Assembly (NCBI GenBank): GCA_043228905.1
Contig: JBHGNT010000020.1
Location: forward strand, 3,348,001-3,412,000
Origin: Azolla caroliniana
Lineage: Eukaryota; Plantae; Polypodiophyta
Length of the DNA: 64,000 nucleotides
Direction of reading: 5' to 3'
Shown here one piece after another: positions 1-10,246 of this stretch. The notes under the pieces were generated by a model that saw nothing but the letters and a program-made list of their open reading frames with translations, searched no databases and was not told the origin of the DNA. A program made the position numbers and the translations under genes. How positions within the stretch are numbered: position 1 is the first letter of the stretch; each line of letters starts with the position of its first letter.

Positions 1-349
1 CAACTTGTACACCCACTTGTTTCGGAGTGCCCGCTTTCCTTTCGGCAACTCCACCAATTCGTACGTATGGTTCTCATGCAGGGAATCCATTTCATCCTGC
101 ATGGCACTTAACCATTTTCGGCTGTGGGTGTCATCCTTCGCTTCTTCGAAGCTTTCTATCTCCCCCTCATCGGTTAGCAGCACATGCTTTGCATCCGGAA
201 ATCTCCGTGGGGCCCTTCTCTCTCTAAGAGGATATCTCCGTCTCTCTGCTTCAGTAACCGACTCCTCCATTTGCTCTTCATCCGAATCTGATTCGGGGTC
301 TAGGCTGGTTCCTGTTTCAGGTTCCTCTACTTCTTCTTCTGCCGGTTCG

Positions 350-1142
350 TGTTGGGAGACAGGTCCCTCCGGATGGGAAGGGAGAAGAACAGTGCTGATG
401 GGAAACCGGATGACGAGTACCCAGTTACGGAGAGCCGGATGGTGCAGACCTGGTGAGAACCGGATGAGGAGTACCCGGCTTCGGAGAGCCGGATGGTACA
501 GACCCGGTGAGAACTGGATGAGGAGTACCCGGCTACGGAGAGCCGGATGGTGCAGACCTGGTGAGAACCGGATGAGGAGTACCCGGCTATGGAGAGCCGG
601 ACGGTGCAGACCCGGTGAGAACCGGATGAGGAGTACCCGGCTACGGAGAGCCGGATGGTGCAGACCCGGTGAGGAGTGCTCCCCGAATGAAGAGACATAT
701 TCGTAAATATGTTTCTGAGAGTCCATCATGGCTATATTTGTAAATAGCCGAAAAGTCATATTAGTATAAATATGACTTAGGGCAAACTTTTAGAGAGGTC
801 GTTATTCTTGTTGGTGCAAGAAGAGAGAGAGTGTGTAACCGTGTACAGAGAGAGAGAGAGAGAAAGAAAGAGGTCGTTCCCTCTGTTGTAACCGCCGCTA
901 GTGGCGAAGATCGTGAGCACAAGGTCGTTGCCTCCGTGAACTCACTGTTGTACATTCTAACATAGTGATAGTTTGCAGCCTGTGGGCTGCCGTGGTTTTT
1001 TCCTTAGTTTGGGGTTTTCCACGTAAACATCCTGTGTACTCTTCTCTTCTTTGTGTCGTGCATTTATTTCCCGTTTTCTGCGTATGATTCTAAGCTCGGT
1101 TGTGGCCGAGCGTTGCGTATAGGGAGCGTGCAGCTCTTGATA
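350..1142 (+). mobile_element. Solo LTR of the copia family, inserted antisense into a copia copy
   Basis: Starts TGTTGGGAGACAGGTCCCTCC; end is homologous to the other family LTRs (GATA, CA mutated); TSD GTTCG(345-349)/ATTCG(1143-1147); host IN-RT linker is continuous across it. Confidence 0.88.
403..672. repeat. Five 54-bp tandem units in LTR U3
   Basis: GAACCGGATGAGGAGTACCCGGCTACGGAGAGCCGGATGGTGCAGACCCGGTGA repeated; gives the 18-aa periodicity in ORF 5-706. Confidence 0.92.
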
Positions 1143-2595
1143 ATTCGGTATCCTCACCGTAACCGGCCGGTTCCTCAGTGCTAACCGGTCTCTTGCCGGT
1201 TGGGTCTGTTCATCGTAGAATCGATCCTTACCGGTCGACTCGGAGTTCATTATCTTCTTCTCCAACTCCCAGTTGGCGAGCGTCTTGTCCTCCATGAAGA
1301 TAATATCTCGACTCCGGAATACCTTCTTGTCGACAAGGTCCCACACTTGGTAGCCTAACTCATCGTCGCCGTAACCGAGGAATATGCATGGCCGGGTCTT
1401 TGGATCTAACTTTCCTCTCTGGTCCTTAGCTACATGCACGTACGCAAGACACCGGAATACCTTCAGATGCCGGTAGCGCACATCCTTACCTATCCAGACT
1501 CTCTGCGGCGTGTCCCTGTCCAAGGGTACTGAGGTTAATCTGTTTATCACATATGTCGTCGTCGACAATGCCTCAGCCCAAAACGTCTTGGGTAATTTTG
1601 CATGTGCTAGGATACTCAGGACCCTCTCCATTATGGTCTGGTTCATCCTCTTGGCCAGCCTGTTTAGTTCCGACGTCTTCGGCACGGTAAATTCGATCCG
1701 GATTCCCTTCGAGCGTCAGTGCTCCTCGAACTGCCCCTGGTATTCTCCTTCGTTATCTGCTCGAACCGCCTTCAGCTTCCGGCCGGTTTCTCTTTCCACT
1801 CTCGCCTAGAGCTCTATGAAGACGGATAACACCTGATCCTTCGTCTTCAACGGTGTGGCCCACAGCTTCCGGCTGTGGTCATCTATGAACATCACGAAGT
1901 ACTGCGATCCGGCATGTGACTTCATGTCCACTTGACACACATCAGTATGCACCAACTCCAGTGGTGCATTACGTCTCATCGGTGGCCTCAATCGGAAGGA
2001 GGTCTGGTTTTGCTTTCTAGCCAGACAATCAGTGCACTTCTCCAAGTGCTCGTTCTTCACTGGAATGAGTTTGAGGTTTGCAAGCCTCTTCATCCCCTTC
2101 TCGCTCATGTGACACAGCCTTTTGTGCCACAGCTCACCGGCAGTGTTGGATGCCACGTTCACTTCCTCCGTACATAACCCGGCATTCATCAGGTACAAGG
2201 TGTTTACCTTCCGGGCCCGAGCCACAATCAGGCTCCCTTTGTTGAACTTCATAACACCATTCCGGATGCTACCCGTGTAGCCTTCATCATCTAGCCGACC
2301 GGCTAATATCAGGTTCAGACAAACCTCCGGAACGTGTCGGACATCCTTCAGCAGTAGCTTGCATCTGGTTGGTGTTGTCAGCCACATGTCTCCTATGCCG
2401 ACAATTCGGCATGTACCTTCATTCCCCATCCGGACACAGCCGTGATCACCGGCTGTGTAGGATGAGAAGCATTTCAGGTCCGGGGTAAGGTGGAACGACG
2501 CTCCGGAGTCGACCACCCAGGTCATCTCGTCGCCGGCAAGGTTTATCTCACTCTCCTCGGTGATGAACAGGTCCGATACAGCAACCCCCTATCAT

Positions 2596-3257
2596 TGTTG
2601 GGATTACGGTCCCTCCGGATGGGATGGTCAGATGTCCGGGAATCGGGAATGAAGACCCGAATGAGGAGTACCCGGTATCGGAACCGGATGATGAAGACCC
2701 GGTTTCGGATCCGGATGATGAAGACCCGGTTTCGGATCCGGATGATGAAGACCCCGGCTACGGAGCCGGATGACGAATGTACCCGGAGAGAGATCCGGAT
2801 GCGGGGACATATTTGTGAATATGTTTGCCAAGGGCCCTCGAGGCTATACTTGTAAATAGCCCGAAAGTCATATGTGTATAAACATGACTTAGGGCAAACA
2901 GTTTTGTAGTTGTTGCTTATTTTTCTGTTTTCCACTTAGAGGGAGCGAAGTGAGAGCAGCCGAGAGAGAGAGTGAGAGAGAGAGAAAGGAAGAGGTCGAC
3001 GCCTCTGTGTAATACCGCCGCCTGTGGCGAGGACAGCGAGCTCAAGGTCGTCGCCTTGCAGCTCGCCATTGTACATTCCCTGCGTATAGTGATAGTTGGA
3101 GTCTTGTACTCCCGTGGTTTTTCCCGTCTAGGGTTTTCCACGCTAAACCCTGTGCATTCGAGTCTCTCTCTGTGTTTTCGATTTACTTCTGCATTGATTC
3201 GTGTTTCCTCGGTTGTGGCCGAGAGGTGAAGGTTTTGGAAGCGTCGATTTTCTAACA
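2596..3257 (+). repeat. 5' LTR of the copia element (662 bp), with 27-bp tandem units at about 2657-2790
   Basis: TGTTGG...TAACA; TATAAA at about 2877; (AG)n tract; followed by a PBS. Confidence 0.9.
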
Positions 3258-3260
3258 ATC

Positions 3261-3272
3261 TGGTATCAGAGC
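3261..3272 (+). promoter_or_regulatory. Primer-binding site (tRNA-iMet)
   Basis: TGGTATCAGAGC 3 nt after the LTR end. Confidence 0.93.
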
Positions 3273-3288
3273 GACTGCAGTGCAGAAA

Positions 3289-4458
3289 ATGGAAGGCGGC
3301 AGCAGCGGGCAGCCGGGGATGATGGTGCTGAATGCACAGAACTACGCCGACTAGAAGATAAAGATGGAGGATCTACTCATTGTTCGGGACCTGTATGAAC
3401 CGATCGACAGGTCGGAAATACCCAAGGGGGTACTTGAGACGGAATGGAGGCTTCTGAACCGGAAAGCCGTTGCAACCATTCGGCAATACGTCGACGTGAG
3501 CGTTCTACAACATGTGGCGAACGACACCAACGCATATGAGATGTGGCAAAAGCTGTCGGGCCTCTACGAGAGGAAGAATGCGTTGAACCGGACCTCCCTG
3601 ATGAGGAAGATAGTGAACCTCAAGTACCGGGACGGCGAGAGTATGGTGGAACATGTAAGCACGTTCATGGGATTCGTGAACCAGCTTGCGGCGATCAAGT
3701 TCCCGTTGGAGGATGCAATGCAAGCCATCATGCTGATGTGTACATTGCCGGAAAGCTGGGAGAACTTGGTGGTGACTCTCAGCACCTCCTGCACCGAAGA
3801 TAACTTGTCCCTACAAACGGTAAAGACAAGCATTTTGAACGAAGAAGCGCGTCAGAGAGATAAAGAACCGGCCTCCGATCCGAAGATGCTGCTAACCGAA
3901 TCGGATCGGGGAAGACAACGGAACCGGAGTCCGCAAAGACGGGAGAAGTCGGGGACCCGGTCGCAGTCAAGAGGAAGGCCCACATGCTTCCACTGTGGGA
4001 AGCCGGGGCACTTCCGAAAGAATTGTCGGCATTACCGAAAAGACAACGGAGCCGACGACACCGATTCGAAGAAGTCATCGGAACGGAACGGTGCTTACCG
4101 GGGAGCCACGGACCGGAATGGTTCGGATCGGCGAGGGCAGGACCGGAAAGGAACGACGGCACTTGCGGCAAGTGAAGAGGAGATCATGCTCATCACCGAA
4201 GAAGGTGAACTAAACATTGCCGGCGATGAGACTACCTGGGTGGTCGATTCCGGAGCGTCGTTCCACCTGACCCCGGAAAGAAGATACTTCTCATCCTACA
4301 CAGCCGGTGAGCATGGCTGTGTTCGGATGGGAAATGAAGGTACGTGCCGGATTGCCGGCATAGGAGACGTGTGGTTGACAACCTCGACCGGATGCAAAAT
4401 GTTGCTGAAGGATGTCCGACACGTTCCGGAGGTTCGATTGAACCTGATTTCGGCCGGG
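3289..4458 (+). pseudogene. gag: Copia gag-protease part of the polyprotein; premature TAG at 3352; cut by the chromovirus insertion
   Basis: MEGG...NYAD*KIKMEDLL (TGG to TAG); zinc knuckle CFHCGKPGHFRKNC; protease WVVDSGAS; removing the insert restores NLISAG-RLDDEGY. Confidence 0.92.
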
Positions 4459-4748
4459 TGTCATAACTAGACTCGAACCCATAACCTTTTGTTACACGGG
4501 TCAAGACTTTACCATTAGGTTATGAATTGTAATTTGAAGGATATTATTTTCATTTAGGTTTTATTGGGAAATTGATGTATATTCCAGATTTCTCTGGAAC
4601 ATTCTAGAAACTTCAGGAGTATTCCTGAAGACACTATAAAAGGAGGCGCAAGGCATTAGTTCGAACCAAATCGGTTCAACGCCAGTCTTAAGCCTTCTAA
4701 CTACTGTTGTATATCTTCCGTCATATAATACATATATCTTTCGCATCA

Positions 4749-4804
<56 letters not shown>

Positions 4805-4933
4805 ATTCCTTCTCTCAAAGTTCGACACCTCTCATAGTACTAATCCTTCTCTGTCTTAGTACTATTCCCCAACAATAGTACTAATCCTTCTTTTAGTACT
4901 AATTCCTTCTCTGCCTTAATAGAGTTCCTGACA
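4459..4933 (+). repeat. 5' LTR of chromovirus 1
   Basis: Direct repeat of 9767-10241; TATAAAAG at 4635; (CT)n microsatellite; TAGTACTAATCCTTCT repeats in U5. Confidence 0.97.
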
Positions 4934-4935
4934 GT

Positions 4936-4948
4936 TTGAACCGATTTG
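4936..4948 (+). promoter_or_regulatory. Self-priming PBS, complementary to the predicted 5' end of the transcript
   Basis: TTGAACCGATTTG is the exact reverse complement of CAAATCGGTTCAA at 4667-4679, 32 nt after the TATA start; no TGG-starting tRNA PBS. Confidence 0.85.
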
Positions 4949-5020
4949 ACTACTAGTCTCCCTCTTCCTTCTGTCTCCCTCCTTTCCTACTAGTCTCTTA
5001 TTTCCCTTTTCCTTCATCCC

Positions 5021-6190
5021 ATGGCCACCGTTAGCGCTGAAGAGTATCAATCCGTTTTCTCGGAATTTCAATGCTTGAAAGAGAAGTTTCATGCTTTGGA
5101 ACAAGAAAATCAACGCTTGTTGGGGGATCTTCAGCAAATTTCCTTAGAAAAGCAGCAAACGCAACAACAGCATGGGGAACTTGCGTTACGCGTGCAACAA
5201 CTCGAAGCAACCATCGTAGCAATGCAACAACAAGGGCACGGAGCACAAGGGATTCATAAAGAACCCAAGATTGGCCTTCCCACGAAGTTCGATGGAACGC
5301 GATCGCAGTTTAGAGGGTTTCTTAACCAGGTACGGTTAGTTATTCAAATGCATCCGTCCCGATATCCCACCGATGCATCACGAGTGGGTTTAGTAGGCAC
5401 GTTGTTAAATGGCTCAGCATTAGCATGGTTCGCTCCGCTACTAGAAAAGGAATCTCCAGTACTAAATAATTTTGAAGAATTCATAAGTGAGTTTAAAGCA
5501 TGTTTTGGAGATACTGACAGCATAAGGACTGCAATCAACAAAATCCGGCGATTACGCCAAGGTGACCGTCCAGCCTCCGCATATGCTGCAGATTTCCGCC
5601 TACTCGCCGCCGATATCCCCTGGGATGATCAAGCATTAATGGAGCAGTTCCGCTATGGTCTACGCAACGATGTCAAGGATTTACTCTTGACTTTCCCTGA
5701 AGAGCCAAAATCATTAACAGAAGCAATCAGTCGAGCGGTCAGATGTGACAACCGCCTCTTCGAGCGACGTTCGGAACGACAATTTCAGATGCCGAGGGCA
5801 AGATCCGAGCCTACCTATGCCTCAGTGGTAGCGAAACCTTTTCAAAGGGAGTCACATAATGCGCCTCCAGTAAGTACTCCAACTCCAATGGAAATTGACA
5901 CTACACGTCGTCGTGGGCCGCTATCGGAGGAGGAAAAGCAACGACGCCGAACAAACCGATTATGCCTTTATTGCGGTGGACCAGGGCATATCGCGATAAA
6001 CTGTCCCCATAGACCAAGAAGGCAGGTAAACCAAGTCATTGTTAGTTCTGACTATACTAAACCCGAGTCTATTTCAGTAGGAATCTCTGATAATCCTCAT
6101 AGTCATAATAGTCCTAATAGTACTAATAGTCCGAATCTCGCAAACAAATTTGATGTCCTTAGCCAATTAGAAGAAGAGTTAAACGACTAA
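5021..6190 (+). CDS. gag: Chromovirus Gag (coiled coil, capsid, CCHC knuckle)
   Basis: 389-aa ORF with LPTKFDG, LRQG, PMEID and CLYCGGPGHIAINC. Confidence 0.95.
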   Translation: MATVSAEEYQSVFSEFQCLKEKFHALEQENQRLLGDLQQISLEKQQTQQQHGELALRVQQLEATIVAMQQQGHGAQGIHKEPKIGLPTKFDGTRSQFRGFLNQVRLVIQMHPSRYPTDASRVGLVGTLLNGSALAWFAPLLEKESPVLNNFEEFISEFKACFGDTDSIRTAINKIRRLRQGDRPASAYAADFRLLAADIPWDDQALMEQFRYGLRNDVKDLLLTFPEEPKSLTEAISRAVRCDNRLFERRSERQFQMPRARSEPTYASVVAKPFQRESHNAPPVSTPTPMEIDTTRRRGPLSEEEKQRRRTNRLCLYCGGPGHIAINCPHRPRRQVNQVIVSSDYTKPESISVGISDNPHSHNSPNSTNSPNLANKFDVLSQLEEELND

Positions 6191-9100
6191 GTCCAGCCAA
6201 AATAGGAGCCGTTTGGTTGGACAGCCCTAGATCTGTGCAGCCCATTAGTGGTTCCATTCCCTCTAAGCAAGTTAGTGATGTGTTCGTAGCCCAAGTAGCA
6301 GTTAGTACTAAAAGTACCCCTCCAGTACATACCTTAGCCCTTCTAGATTCCGGAGCTAATTCTTGCTTCATGGATAGGAATTTTGCCCGAGCTCATCAGA
6401 TATCTCTCAGAAAGCTCCCATGTCCAGCCTCAGTAGTAGTCATTGATGGTCGTCCCATTGCTTCTGGTAATATCATAGAAGAGTCGGAACCCGTTAATAT
6501 TGTCCTAGATAACTTAACATGTGTAGTATCATTTAATATTATTAGTATTCCAGAACATCCCATAGTTTTAGGATTACCATGGTTCGAGTTACATGACCCA
6601 GACATAGATTGGAGGACAAGGGAAATCCGGTTGCGACAAACCCAAGGATCTACCCAGAAGGTTGCAACCATTTCGCTACGTCAGTTGCGTGAGGAAGGGC
6701 GCAAGGAGGAAATGTTTCTCTTTGCAATATCAGTACAACCCTCCAGCACCACCAAAGAGGAGTCCACCGTTCAACTTCCCGAGAAGTATCGTCAGTATGC
6801 TGATGTGTTCGATAAAGTACAAGCCAACACACTTCCTCATCATCGGCCGTACGACTGCGCCATCGACTTACAACCGGGAAAAGAGCCGCCATGGGGGCCG
6901 ATCTACAATTTGTCACCAACCGAGCTAGAAGTCCTTCGAGCCTATATAGAGGAGAATTTGGAGAACGGTTTCATTCGGCATTCGAAATCTCCAGCCGGCG
7001 CACCCATTTTCTTCGTCAAGAAAAAAGATGGCTCGCTTCGACTCGTTGTAGATTACCGTGGCTTGAATAAGGTCACAGTAAGAAATAGGTATGCTCTTCC
7101 CCTTATCTCAAGTCTTTTAGAACGGATCAACGGTGCCAGGTTCTTCACGAAGATCGACTTACGAGGAGCCTATAACCTCGTACGGATCCGACCAGGAGAT
7201 GAATGGAAGACCGCGTTTCGCACCAGATATGGGCACTTCGAGTATACGGTCATGCCGTTCGGACTCACTAATGCGCCGGCAGTCTTCCAGCACATGGCGA
7301 ATGATATATTTCGAGATCTCTTGGATGATTTTTTGATCATCTATTTGGATGATCTACTGGTTTATTCAAAGACCCAAGAAGAACATGATTCTCATGTACT
7401 ATTAGTACTAAAACGACTTCGAGAACATGGTCTGTATGCAAAGTTAGAGAAATGTAGTTTCGGGTGCAACCAAGTGGAGTTTCTCGGCTATGTCATCTCC
7501 TCAGAAGGCATATCTATGGACCCAGCCAAGGTCAAAACGGTGATAGAATGGCACACTCCGCGTTCGGTGCGGGATGTGCAATGCTTCCTAGGCTTTGCAA
7601 ATTTCTACCGGAAGTTCATACAAAATTACTCAAAAATTGTGCTGCCTCTCACACAGCTCACCAGGAAGGGACAATCATTCATTTGGTCTAAAGAGACGGA
7701 CATGGCTTTCGAGAGTCTTAAGAAGGCGTTTACATCAGCTCCAATTTTAGGTCATGTGGATCCGGAAAAACCATTCATTATCGAAGCTGATGCATCGGAT
7801 TTCGCATTGGGGAGCATTCTGTCACAACAGGGTAACGACGAGAAGCTACATCCTGTGGCTTTCCACTCCCGTAAGTTTGACGCCGCCGAAATCAACTACG
7901 AAATTCATGATAAAGAGCTATTAGCAATAGTTGATTCTTTTATGCAATGGAGGCATTTCCTGGAGGAATCTCCTCATCAGGTCACTGTATTCAGTGACCA
8001 CAAGAACCTTGCCTACTTTCAAGATGCTCGTGTACTGAATCGACGTCAAGCTCGGTGGGCCCACTTCCTCACACGCTTCGACTTCAAAATTACATATCGT
8101 CCGGGGAAGCACCAAGGGAAGGCAGATGCATTATCACGGCGTTCGTATCTAACACCACGTCCCGGTGAGCCAGCTTTCGATAACCAGAAGCAAGTAATCT
8201 TGGGTCCAGCACGACTACAAGCAGCACAGGTCTTTGACATGCCCGTGGATTCCGACATTACCAATACTATACGTGAGGACTTGAAGACTGACGCTTTCGC
8301 CCAAGCTGTACTAGCACAAATTGACCCCTCTCGAGCGTCATGTTCACAATCACAATCACCAGGTACGGATTATCGGCAATTCAAATACTGTGATGGATTA
8401 CTCTTCTTTAAAGAACTTTTGTATGTTCCTAATGGTTCTTGCCGCCTTCGAGTAGTACAAAACTGCCATGACACATATACAGCAGGACATTTTGGTAGTA
8501 CTAAAACATTAGATTTAGTACAACGATCATTCTGGTGGCCCCGTATGCGACAATTTGTCGAAGATTTTGTTCGGACTTGCGATACATGCTGCAGAGCGAA
8601 AATGCCAAGACATCATCCATATGGTTTATTAGAACCATTACCAATTCCAAGCAAGCCATGGCAATCCATTGCTCTTGACTTCATTACAGATCTTCCAGTC
8701 TCTAAGGGATTCAGTGCGATTCTCACAGTGGTGGATCGATATACGAAGATGGCTCATTTCTTACCATGTACTAAAGAAATATCTAGTGAAGACACCGCCG
8801 AAATTGTCATGCGGGAAGTATGTCGGCATCATGGACTCCCTGATAATATCATCAGCGATCGTGGACCCCAGTTTGTGTCAAAATTCTGGAAGCACCTTTT
8901 TAAAATGCTGAAGGTCACTTGTAACCTCTCCTCCGGCTACCACCCACAAACCGACGGTCAAGCCGAACGAACAAATCAAACACTGGAGCAGTATCTGCGG
9001 TGCTTTCTCAACTATCATCAGAATGACTGGGCAGATATTCTTCAGTTCGCCGAATTTGCCTATAATAACGCTATCCACGCATCGACTAAAGTCACGCCAT

Positions 9101-9774
9101 TCTACGCTTATACGGGATATCATCCCCGGTGGTGTGTCCTTGAAACCCCAGAAGTGTCCACAAATCCTTGCGCGGAGGATCGTTTGGAGCGGTTACGCAA
9201 GATACAAGCGGATTTATCTACTCAACTCCAGCAAGCTCAACAATCACACAAGGACTACGCAGATCGTCATCGACTTCCATCCAGTTTTAACATTGGAGAT
9301 CGGGTGTGGCTGCTACGACGACACATCAAGACTACTCGCCCATGTGAGAAGTTGGATTATCGGCGATTAGGTCCTTTCCGTATTATCGGGAAGATTAATG
9401 ATGTCGCTTTTCGTCTCGAGCTACCTCCGCAACTTCGGATACACCCGGTGTTTCATAGTTCTCTCCTCGAACCCTATCACGAGAACACTATCCCAGGACG
9501 TACTATACAACCTCCACCTCCTATCGAGCTCGAAGATGGACCTGAGTATGAGGTCGCTGCCATCCTCGATTCCAAGATTGTTCGCAACAAGCTCTACTAT
9601 CTAGTCGATTGGCTAGGATATAGTCCCAGCGAGCGTACTTGGGAACCGATCGAGAATGTAACCAATGCTCGTGCTCTTCTAGAAGACTTCCATCGACGAT
9701 ATCCCGAGAAACCGGGTCCTCAATCCAAAACGACTCGTGAAACTCGTCGTTTTAAAGGGGGGATAGTGTCATAA
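6163..9774 (+). CDS. pol: Chromovirus Pol (PR-RT-RH-IN-chromodomain) in the -1 frame overlapping the gag end
   Basis: LLDSGA, YLDD, EADASD, H-x6-H..C-x2-C, GPF and chromodomain EYEVAAIL..YLVDWLGY..TWEP; frame is open from 6163; stop lies inside the 3' LTR. Confidence 0.95.
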   Translation, partial: PIRRRVKRLSPAKIGAVWLDSPRSVQPISGSIPSKQVSDVFVAQVAVSTKSTPPVHTLALLDSGANSCFMDRNFARAHQISLRKLPCPASVVVIDGRPIASGNIIEESEPVNIVLDNLTCVVSFNIISIPEHPIVLGLPWFELHDPDIDWRTREIRLRQTQGSTQKVATISLRQLREEGRKEEMFLFAISVQPSSTTKEESTVQLPEKYRQYADVFDKVQANTLPHHRPYDCAIDLQPGKEPPWGPIYNLSPTELEVLRAYIEENLENGFIRHSKSPAGAPIFFVKKKDGSLRLVVDYRGLNKVTVRNRYALPLISSLLERINGARFFTKIDLRGAYNLVRIRPGDEWKTAFRTRYGHFEYTVMPFGLTNAPAVFQHMANDIFRDLLDDFLIIYLDDLLVYSKTQEEHDSHVLLVLKRLREHGLYAKLEKCSFGCNQVEFLGYVISSEGISMDPAKVKTVIEWHTPRSVRDVQCFLGFANFYRKFIQNYSKIVLPLTQLTRKGQSFIWSKETDMAFESLKKAFTSAPILGHVDPEKPFIIEADASDFALGSILSQQGNDEKLHPVAFHSRKFDAAEINYEIHDKELLAIVDSFMQWRHFLEESPHQVTVFSDHKNLAYFQDARVLNRRQARWAHFLTRFDFKITYRPGKHQGKADALSRRSYLTPRPGEPAFDNQKQVILGPARLQAAQVFDMPVDSDITNTIREDLKTDAFAQAVLAQIDPSRASCSQSQSPGTDYRQFKYCDGLLFFKELLYVPNGSCRLRVVQNCHDTYTAGHFGSTKTLDLVQRSFWWPRMRQFVEDFVRTCDTCCRAKMPRHHPYGLLEPLPIPSKPWQSIALDFITDLPVSKGFSAILTVVDRYTKMAHFLPCTKEISSEDTAEIVMREVCRHHGLPDNIISDRGPQFVSKFWKHLFKMLKVTCNLSSGYHPQTDGQAERTNQTLEQYLRCFLNYHQNDWADILQFAEFAYNNAIHASTKVTPFYAYTGYHPRWCVLETPEVSTNPCAEDRLERLRKIQADLSTQLQQAQQSHKDYADRHRLPSSFNIGDRVWLLRRHIKTTRPCEKLDYRRLGPFRIIGKINDVAFRLELPPQLRIHPVFHSSLLEPYHENTIPGRTIQPPPPIELEDGPEYEVAAILDSKIVRNKLYYLVDWLGYSPSERTWEPIENVTNARALLEDFHRRYPEKPGPQSKTTRETRRFKGGIVS
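6178..6222 (+). promoter_or_regulatory. Predicted -1 ribosomal frameshift signal
   Basis: G TTA AAC heptamer in the gag frame, 6-nt spacer, 11-bp stem GTCCAGCCAAA/TTTGGTTGGAC. Confidence 0.75.
9754..9766 (+). promoter_or_regulatory. Polypurine tract
   Basis: AAAGGGGGGATAG immediately before the 3' LTR. Confidence 0.9.
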
Positions 9775-10056
9775 CTAGACTCGAACCCATAACCTTTTGT
9801 TACACGGGTCAAGACTTTACCATTAGGTTATGAATTGTAATTTGAAGGATATTATTTTCATTTAGGTTTTATTGGGAAATTGATGTATATTCCAGATTTC
9901 TCTGGAACATTCTAGAAACTTCAGGAGTATTCCTGAAGACACTATAAAAGGAGGCGCAAGGCATTAGTTCGAACCAAATCGGTTCAACGCCAGTCTTAAG
10001 CCTTCTAACTACTGTTGTATATCTTCCGTCATATAATACATATATCTTTCGCATCA

Positions 10057-10112
<56 letters not shown>

Positions 10113-10241
10113 ATTCCTTCTCTCAAAGTTCGACACCTCTCATAGTACTAATCCTTCTCTGTCTTAGTACTATTCCCCAACAATAGTACTAATCCTTCTT
10201 TTAGTACTAATTCCTTCTCTGCCTTAATAGAGTTCCTGACA
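9767..10241 (+). repeat. 3' LTR of chromovirus 1
   Basis: Same length and, by eye, same sequence as 4459-4933. Confidence 0.97.
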
Positions 10242-10246
10242 CCGGG

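Larger units (their letters stand above)
1..2571 (-). pseudogene. Ty1/copia (Tnt1/Tork-like) internal fragment from protease through GAG-pre-integrase and integrase to the RT N-terminus; degenerate, split by a solo LTR
   Basis: Minus-strand WVVDSGAS, LWHKRLCH..C..C, LELVHTDVC, GKLDPKTRPCIFLGY and WLSAMQDEMDSL; close paralog of 3364-12950; internal stops at about 1806 and 1716; runs off the left edge. Confidence 0.93.
4459..10241 (+). mobile_element. Full-length Ty3/gypsy chromovirus (Tcn1/Tf1-like), apparently intact and very recent
   Basis: 475-bp LTRs at 4459-4933 and 9767-10241 (TGTCA...TGACA) with no difference seen by eye; TSD CCGGG (4454-4458/10242-10246); open gag and pol; PPT. Confidence 0.97.

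Noticed and set aside
403-672. CRISPR-like appearance of regular repeats (also 33340-33995 and 37500-38450)
   Set aside because: Units are head-to-tail without unique spacers, there are no cas genes, and the context is eukaryotic TE sequence
5-706. 233-aa plus-strand ORF and similar long ORFs (11326-11892, 15622-16302, 36355-36960, 46079-46717, 59693-60427)
   Set aside because: Antisense shadows of TE coding frames or read-through of tandem repeats
4561-4818. Duplicated 85-aa ERERER ORF (also 9869-10126)
   Set aside because: Translation of the (CT)n microsatellite within the two LTRs
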